From: Dehalococcoidia bacterium
GTDB lineage: Bacteria; Chloroflexota; Dehalococcoidia; Bin125
NCBI GenBank assembly: GCA_965261225.1
Contig: OZ253456.1
Coordinates: 2,106,762 to 2,170,761, forward strand
Direction: 5' to 3'
DNA length: 64,000 nt
This document shows positions 52,497 to 64,000 of the stretch, one piece after another (position 1 is the first letter of the stretch; each line of letters opens with the position of its first letter). The notes under the pieces are model-generated. The model was not told the origin of the DNA, made no database searches, and worked only from the letters and a program-made list of their open reading frames with translations. Both the position numbers and the translations under genes were made by a program.

Positions 52497-54167
52497 CTAC
52501 TCACCAACGGTCGAAGAGAGAAAACAGATAAACGGAAGCCGGACGCCAACGAACGCCAGCCAACGGCCGTCCGGAGACCACGTGGCAGTATGCCTCCCGG
52601 CTCTGCAAACATCTCCGTCTGCCCGAACACGGAACACAATGTCACCAGTGCTGGCGTCCAGAATCACATATTCCCGATAATGCCAATCTGAGGGCAAGAA
52701 CTCACTCACACGACCCCTGGTTGGCCCTTCGGGAAATGCAGATATGCCCTGGTCGTCATACTCGGAGGTGAGGACGAAGCGCCGCATCAGCAGCCGTCTG
52801 CCGTCGGGCGCCCAGGCAATCGGTTCGCCCCCGATCGTGGGATCCGAGAACGCTCGGACGCTCAGCGATTCGATCTCCACGATTACGACCGGGCCATCCT
52901 GCGCCGCCACGACAACACGGTCCAGTTCAGGTGACCAGAGCACCTGCGGTCGCTGGCCGATATGCGGCGCCAGACCTTCAGCCAACGGGATTCCTCGGTG
53001 AGCGTCGATGTCGTAGAACATCAACTGGGAGTCCTGTGAGGCAGCGTCCACTGTTCGATATAGCAGGATGAACCGGCCAGCGAATGAGATCGGTCTGAAT
53101 TGGCCAGTGCCCTCGCATTGATCGCCTTCGGGGGATCGATCCAATGGCTCGGCCAAGGCCACGATCTCTCCAGTCGCCAGATCGACCAGATGCCAAGGCT
53201 GGTTCGGGTCGCGCGCCGGTCCGGCCCACAGGGGAGAGCTCTTCGAGGAGATTCCACAATCTACGTCCAGCGTGGACGTGTCGACCTCTCGTTCCACCAC
53301 ACCGGCAGGACTCAACACACGCATTGCCGTCTCATCACCCACCAGCAATGTCGAGTCGGGCAACCACCGCACCCGCTCGCCGATCGATGGCTCAGTGTGT
53401 GACCCATCGATTCCGAGGACGTGGATGAAGTTGGCATCCTCTGCGGGACGGCCCGCGCTCCAGATTCGCAGGTACTCGGAGTTCGGTGACCAGTAAGAGC
53501 ATTCTGCCAAGCGAAACAGACAATGGAGGGCAAGCGCAGAAAACGAGACCTCCTCATGTCCATCGGTCGACATGATTCGCAGATCGCTGGCATCAGGGTT
53601 GCCATACACGCCGTCGTCGCCAAGCGCCCAGCGGCCGTCGGGGGAAAGTTGGTCCCAGCGCCGATCGTCAATCACCCGCGGCGTTTCGGAGAAGGGACGC
53701 CATTCCCATAGGCCGTCGCCAGCCCCGACCAGCGCGTTATCCCCCCTCCAGCGCACGTCCGGCGCACCTTCTACCACGGCGTACTGACGGCCGAATGCAC
53801 CGTCGGCATCGACCGAAATGACCTCCAAATCGCTTGACACGACGATCGGCAGTGAGGCGGCGTCCACGTTCAGCCGCACTGAATCGCGCGGCAGCCAACC
53901 ATACTGTTGGTTCCAGCGATTCTCGAGCCGGTCCGGACGCAGCGCGATCCACTCCCCGTCAATGGAGCGACCGAGAACTGGGTAACGACGCCCGGGTCCA
54001 CCTTGCAGATATTCGGACCCCGCAGGTCCATAGGGTCGGTCGTGCATCAGCACCTGCAAGTGGGGCAGTTCGGCCCAGACTCTTGGCTGTTCTAGCTGCG
54101 CACCATCCCACGAAGCAGCGCTGAGCAGTGCCAGCGCCCAAGCGACCACAGTTGCAATGCCCAACAT
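52497..54167 (-). CDS. paralogous secreted SH3b/TolB-like beta-propeller protein
   Basis: Signal peptide and similar domain order (..NRWNQQYGWLPRDSVRLNV..). Confidence 0.55.
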   Translation of the reverse strand: MLGIATVVAWALALLSAASWDGAQLEQPRVWAELPHLQVLMHDRPYGPAGSEYLQGGPGRRYPVLGRSIDGEWIALRPDRLENRWNQQYGWLPRDSVRLNVDAASLPIVVSSDLEVISVDADGAFGRQYAVVEGAPDVRWRGDNALVGAGDGLWEWRPFSETPRVIDDRRWDQLSPDGRWALGDDGVYGNPDASDLRIMSTDGHEEVSFSALALHCLFRLAECSYWSPNSEYLRIWSAGRPAEDANFIHVLGIDGSHTEPSIGERVRWLPDSTLLVGDETAMRVLSPAGVVEREVDTSTLDVDCGISSKSSPLWAGPARDPNQPWHLVDLATGEIVALAEPLDRSPEGDQCEGTGQFRPISFAGRFILLYRTVDAASQDSQLMFYDIDAHRGIPLAEGLAPHIGQRPQVLWSPELDRVVVAAQDGPVVIVEIESLSVRAFSDPTIGGEPIAWAPDGRRLLMRRFVLTSEYDDQGISAFPEGPTRGRVSEFLPSDWHYREYVILDASTGDIVFRVRADGDVCRAGRHTATWSPDGRWLAFVGVRLPFICFLSSTVGE

Positions 54168-54210
54168 GCCAATTGGACGCGCAAACCGAATCGTTGGTTC
54201 CCTGTGCTGC

Positions 54211-55158
54211 TCACGTAAACAGCGCGCCGACCGAGTCGCCTTCGTGGATTCGGCGGATGGCTTCTCCGAGCAGCGGGGCGATCGAGACGATTTCGAGGCC
54301 GCAGGCGTCTCCGTTGGTTTGCGGCGGCAGCGTGTCAGTGACGACGACCTTGCTGATTGGGCTGGCGTCCAGGCGCTTGAGCGCGGGATCGGACAGGACT
54401 CCGTGTGTCGCTGCGCCGAAGATCTCTTGCGCGCCCTCTTCGCGCAGCAACTCGGCGACGTGGACCAGGGTGCCGGCGGTGTCGATCTCGTCGTCGATGA
54501 TCAGCACGTTGCGGCCGGCGACTGCTCCGATCAGCTGCATCACCTCGGCCCGGTCCTCGTTACCGGTGCGCCGTTTCTCCGCGATCGCCAGCGGCATGTG
54601 CAGCCGATCGGCTGCCGTTCGAGCGCGCTTCGCCGAGCCCAGGTCCGGCGCGACGACCACACCGTCAAATCCTTGCGCCTTGAAATGGTCGACCAGCAGC
54701 CGCTGTCCGGTCAGTTCGTCGGTGGGGATGTGGAAGAAGCCCTGGATCTGGCCCGCGTGGAGGTCGATGGTCAGCATTCGGTTGGCGCCCGCGGTCTGAA
54801 TCAGGTCGGCGAAGAGGCGCGCGGTGATCGGCACACGCGGTTGGTCCTTCTTGTCCGAGCGTCCGTAGGAGTAGTACGGCGCCACGGCCGTAATCCGCCC
54901 GGCCGAGGCGCGTCGGGCGGCATCGATCATGATCAGCAGCTCAACCACGTGATGGTTGACCGGCTTCGCGCCCGGCTGGATGAGGAAGACGTCGCGCTCG
55001 CGAATGTTGTCGAGAAACTGGACGAAGGTGTTGCCGTTGGCGAAGTCGAAGACGTTGGCGCGGCCGAGTTCGACACCGAGCGCCGCACAGACATCGCGCG
55101 CGAGTTGCGGGTGCGCGTTACCGGTGAAGACCACCGGTTCGCCGATAAACCGACTCAT
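54211..55158 (-). CDS. prs: ribose-phosphate pyrophosphokinase
   Basis: PRPP synthetase signatures (..ITAVAPYYSYGRSDKK.., ..VLIIDDEIDTAGT..). The start is taken at MSRFIGEP. Confidence 0.9.
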   Translation of the reverse strand: MSRFIGEPVVFTGNAHPQLARDVCAALGVELGRANVFDFANGNTFVQFLDNIRERDVFLIQPGAKPVNHHVVELLIMIDAARRASAGRITAVAPYYSYGRSDKKDQPRVPITARLFADLIQTAGANRMLTIDLHAGQIQGFFHIPTDELTGQRLLVDHFKAQGFDGVVVAPDLGSAKRARTAADRLHMPLAIAEKRRTGNEDRAEVMQLIGAVAGRNVLIIDDEIDTAGTLVHVAELLREEGAQEIFGAATHGVLSDPALKRLDASPISKVVVTDTLPPQTNGDACGLEIVSIAPLLGEAIRRIHEGDSVGALFT

Positions 55159-55239
55159 CGCGTCACTCCCCTGGTCCGGCCACACGTTCTGGGATACGCG
55201 GTCACGTTAACCCACGGATCGGACAGACACAGTTTCACA

Positions 55240-55640
55240 AGGGGGTTGTCAAGGGTTTGCACGATGGCACGGTGGAAGAGGCACGGTGGAGGACTCCAGG
55301 ATCCTCAGCCGGCTCTGCACCTCCTCCTTTGGTGAGACCTTTGCGAAGCTCCTATTCTCCCCCCTTGCAGAAACCTTTGCATAAGCCCTCTTCTCCCCCG
55401 CAAGGGGGGCAGGGGATTTGTGAGTTTTGCAAGGGTCTTCTTGATGGTGAGACGACGCACCCGTCATACCCGCGCTCCGGCGCGGGTATCTCGCTGTGGT
55501 CGGTACCAAAGCCAATCGTCTGCTGAGCGATTGAAACGGCTGAGGTTCCTCAGGCCCGAGCGTCGGTGCAGCACTCGTCGCCATGCCCGCGGCGGACCGC
55601 GGGCATGGCGAATCTCGCACTGCTGAGACACCATCCCCGG
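55240..55640. repeat. large nested palindromic element: tandem ~40-bp CCTTTGC..CTCCCCCC units in both orientations plus hairpins CGTCATACCCGCG..CGCGGGTATCTCG and CGCCATGCCCGCG..CGCGGGCATGGCG
   Basis: Read directly from the sequence. Same unit family as 23690-24015 and 57930-58360. Confidence 0.75.
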
Positions 55641-55800
55641 GCATGCAAAAGGATCAGCGCACGTGGACAGTTGCCTCCGACCTGATTCCGTCGGGCGATT
55701 AGTTCAGTGGATTACGCAGGGACGTACAGGCGACGTAATGGCTGCTTCGGTTACGGTGGCTTGCTTGCGGAACAGCTGATCCTTGCCTACGATGCAGTCG

Positions 55801-55827
55801 TTAGCACTCGCAGGGTGTGAGTGCTAA
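55801..55827. promoter_or_regulatory. CIRCE element (HrcA operator) TTAGCACTC-N9-GAGTGCTAA
   Basis: Perfect match to the established CIRCE consensus, 59 bp upstream of the groES ATG. Confidence 0.9.
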
Positions 55828-55885
55828 CGTCCAACCGCGAGCAACAAGCAAGACAGCGTCACAGCAGAGATTGGAACACAGAAAT

Positions 55886-57863
<1,978 letters not shown>

Positions 57864-57890
57864 GTCCAAGCTTCCCCAAACGGGAACGTC

Positions 57891-57927
57891 AGAAGCCCCC
57901 GACTCTGAGAGTCGGGGGCTTCTTTGT
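57891..57927 (+). terminator. rho-independent terminator of groESL
   Basis: AGAAGCCCCCGACTC-TGAG-AGTCGGGGGCTTCT followed by TTTGTG. Confidence 0.8.
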
Positions 57928-57929
57928 GC

Positions 57930-58360
57930 CTGCAAGAGAACTGAAGGACTGCTGCTTCCCGTTGCAGGCTCTTGTCGGGGGAGCTGTCGCGCAGCGACTG
58001 AGGGAGTCCTTCCGCGCGAGGGCGCCCTCCTCAGCCTTCGGCAGCTTCCCCCTCGAGGAGACCCTTGCAAAACTCCAGCACTCCAGTTTCTCCGTCCCCG
58101 CCCCCGAGCGGGGACCTGCCCCCGTTCCCCGCTGGCCGAACGGCAAAGGTGCGGTACATATCTGGTGGAAAGCGATCGCGAGGCCGTAGCCTCGCGAAGC
58201 CGAACGGGTCCCCGCTCGGGGACGGGGGTTTCCCCACGGCGACTTTCGCAAAGGTCTCCTTGCGGGGGGAGAGGGGATCCGAGAGTTTTTCAAAGGTCTT
58301 CGCAAGGGGGGAGAAGGGGAGTTAGGCAAAGGTCTCCAGAGGGGGGTAGCAAAATGAACA
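57930..58360. repeat. nested palindromic element with ~42-bp tandem units (TTTCGCAAAGGTCTCCTTGCGGGGGGAGAGGGGA x~3) and a central IR around an AT-rich core
   Basis: Read directly from the sequence. Arms CCCCGCCCCCGAGCGGGGAC / GTCCCCGCTCGGGGACGGGGG. Confidence 0.75.
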
Positions 58361-58449
58361 CTAGACCGGAAGTCAGGAACAAGTCACGGAATGACGAAGG
58401 GGCGCCCGCGCGGGCGCCCCTTCGTCGTCTATGACCGCAACCGGCCGGC

Positions 58450-62884
<4,435 letters not shown>

Positions 62885-62892
<8 letters not shown>

Positions 62893-64000
62893 TGGTCACA
62901 TCCTCTCCTTCGAATCCGGACAGGTTCACGCCCAGTTGCGGCATGTCGTCGCGGCTGGGCACTTCAAGCACCATCGCTTCGTCTTCCTGGTTGCGGACCT
63001 CGACGTGCAGGCCGAGGCTCTGCAGCTCGCGCAGCAGCACGCGGAACGATTCCGGCATGGCCGCGTCAACCACGGGCTCGCCTTTGACGATCGCTTCGTA
63101 GGCCTTCACCCGGCCGACGATGTCGTCCGACTTGACGGTCAACAGCTCCTGCAGGATGTGCGCCGCGCCGTATGCTTCCAGCGCCCAGACCTCCATCTCG
63201 CCGAAGCGCTGACCGCCGAACTGCGCCTTGCCACCAAGCGGTTGCTGGGTGATCAGTGAGTAGGGGCCGGTCGAACGGGCGTGGATCTTGTCCTCGACCA
63301 TGTGCGACAGCTTGAGCAGGTAGATGAAGCCAACGGTGACCGGCTGGTCGATCAGCTCGCCCGAGCGTCCGTCCACGAGTCGCTGCTTGCCGAAGACCGG
63401 GCGGGCGACGCGCTGCAGGCGTTCGACGCGGGTCGCGTGCTCGGCCAATGTGGCGTCACTCCAGTGTCGGGCGGCGCGAGACTCGCCGTGGTCGATCAAC
63501 CACTCCGCGACCGCGATCCGGCTGGCGGCGCCGGTCGTCTCGCGGTCGTTGCGGTCGAACGCGACGCGGATCGTCTCGTCGTCGTAACCGCGCTCGGACA
63601 GCCAGGCGGCGGTCAGCGGGTCGATGCCGGCGCCGAGCAGCGAGTCGGCCAGCGCGCTGTCAGGCTCAGCGACCTCTTCGCGATCGAGCTCGTCAGTGGC
63701 GCCAGTGCCGTTCGTGCCGTTCGTGCCGCTAGTACCGTTGGCGCCATTCAGCGGGCGAGCGATGTGTGCTTCTCGCACCAGCCAGGCGCGGGCCAACGCG
63801 TCCTGTAGTTCTTCCTCCGATGCGCCGTCGAAGACCGGCGTGATCGCGCGGAAGCCGAGCTGGGCTGCGGCCCAGCCGAGCTGGGTCTCGAGAATCTGGC
63901 CGAGGTTCATGCGCGAGGGCACACCGATCGGGGAGAGCACGACATCGATCGGCGTCCCGTCTTCGAGATGAGGCATGTCTTCAATCGGCAGGATGATGGA
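62885..64000 (-). CDS. rpoB: DNA-directed RNA polymerase subunit beta, C-terminal part (gene continues beyond window end)
   Basis: ..[13 protein letters not shown].. and the C-terminal clamp region. It contains a ~140 aa lineage-specific insertion with an (NGT)n tract. Confidence 0.95.

Overview
High-GC (~67-68%) bacterial chromosomal segment made up almost entirely of conserved housekeeping genes. In order along the window: partial M16 peptidase, MBL hydrolase, lysA, holB, ricT/yaaT, parB-parA, jag-yidC-[PQQ beta-propeller]-yidD-rnpA-rpmH (the classic origin-proximal operon, but no dnaA, mnmEG or rsmG nearby), SLT lytic transglycosylase, alr, CopC-like protein, a hypothetical, DoxX, an MMPL transporter, a lipoprotein with a catalytically dead HtrA-like domain plus PPC domains, a GYD protein, tRNA-Thr(CGT), an atypical OmpR-family (GlnR-like) regulator with two glutamine synthetase genes, a nuoABCDHJKLMN cluster lacking nuoEFG and nuoI, an orphan hicB with a decayed hicA, GNAT, family-III CoA-transferase, SIS protein, VanZ-like protein, valS, a hypothetical, secA, two paralogous SH3b/TolB-like beta-propeller secreted proteins, prs, CIRCE-groES-groEL with a terminator, rpoC and partial rpoB. 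Gene content and order suggest a Terrabacteria/Chloroflexota-like high-GC organism; this is inference only. I found no prophage, CRISPR array, integrase, or compact defence island, and I cannot support the claim that a novel multi-gene system is present here. The genuinely unusual signals are non-genic. (1) A family of nested GC-rich palindromic BIME/MITE-like elements fills nearly every intergenic gap; one copy is translated in frame inside valS and another disrupts hicA. (2) A ~310 bp G+T-skewed tract with TTTTCAGG tandem repeats lies next to tRNA-Thr. (3) Two AT-rich palindromes with a CACGTG core flank the yidD/PQQ-lipoprotein junction, and one overlaps the PQQ gene's likely start. (4) 27-bp tandem stop-codon modules follow secA. 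(5) A GTAAC-N6-GTAAC box lies upstream of glnA. (6) Several proteins carry low-complexity repeat extensions: RicT, Jag, NuoC and the RpoB insertion.
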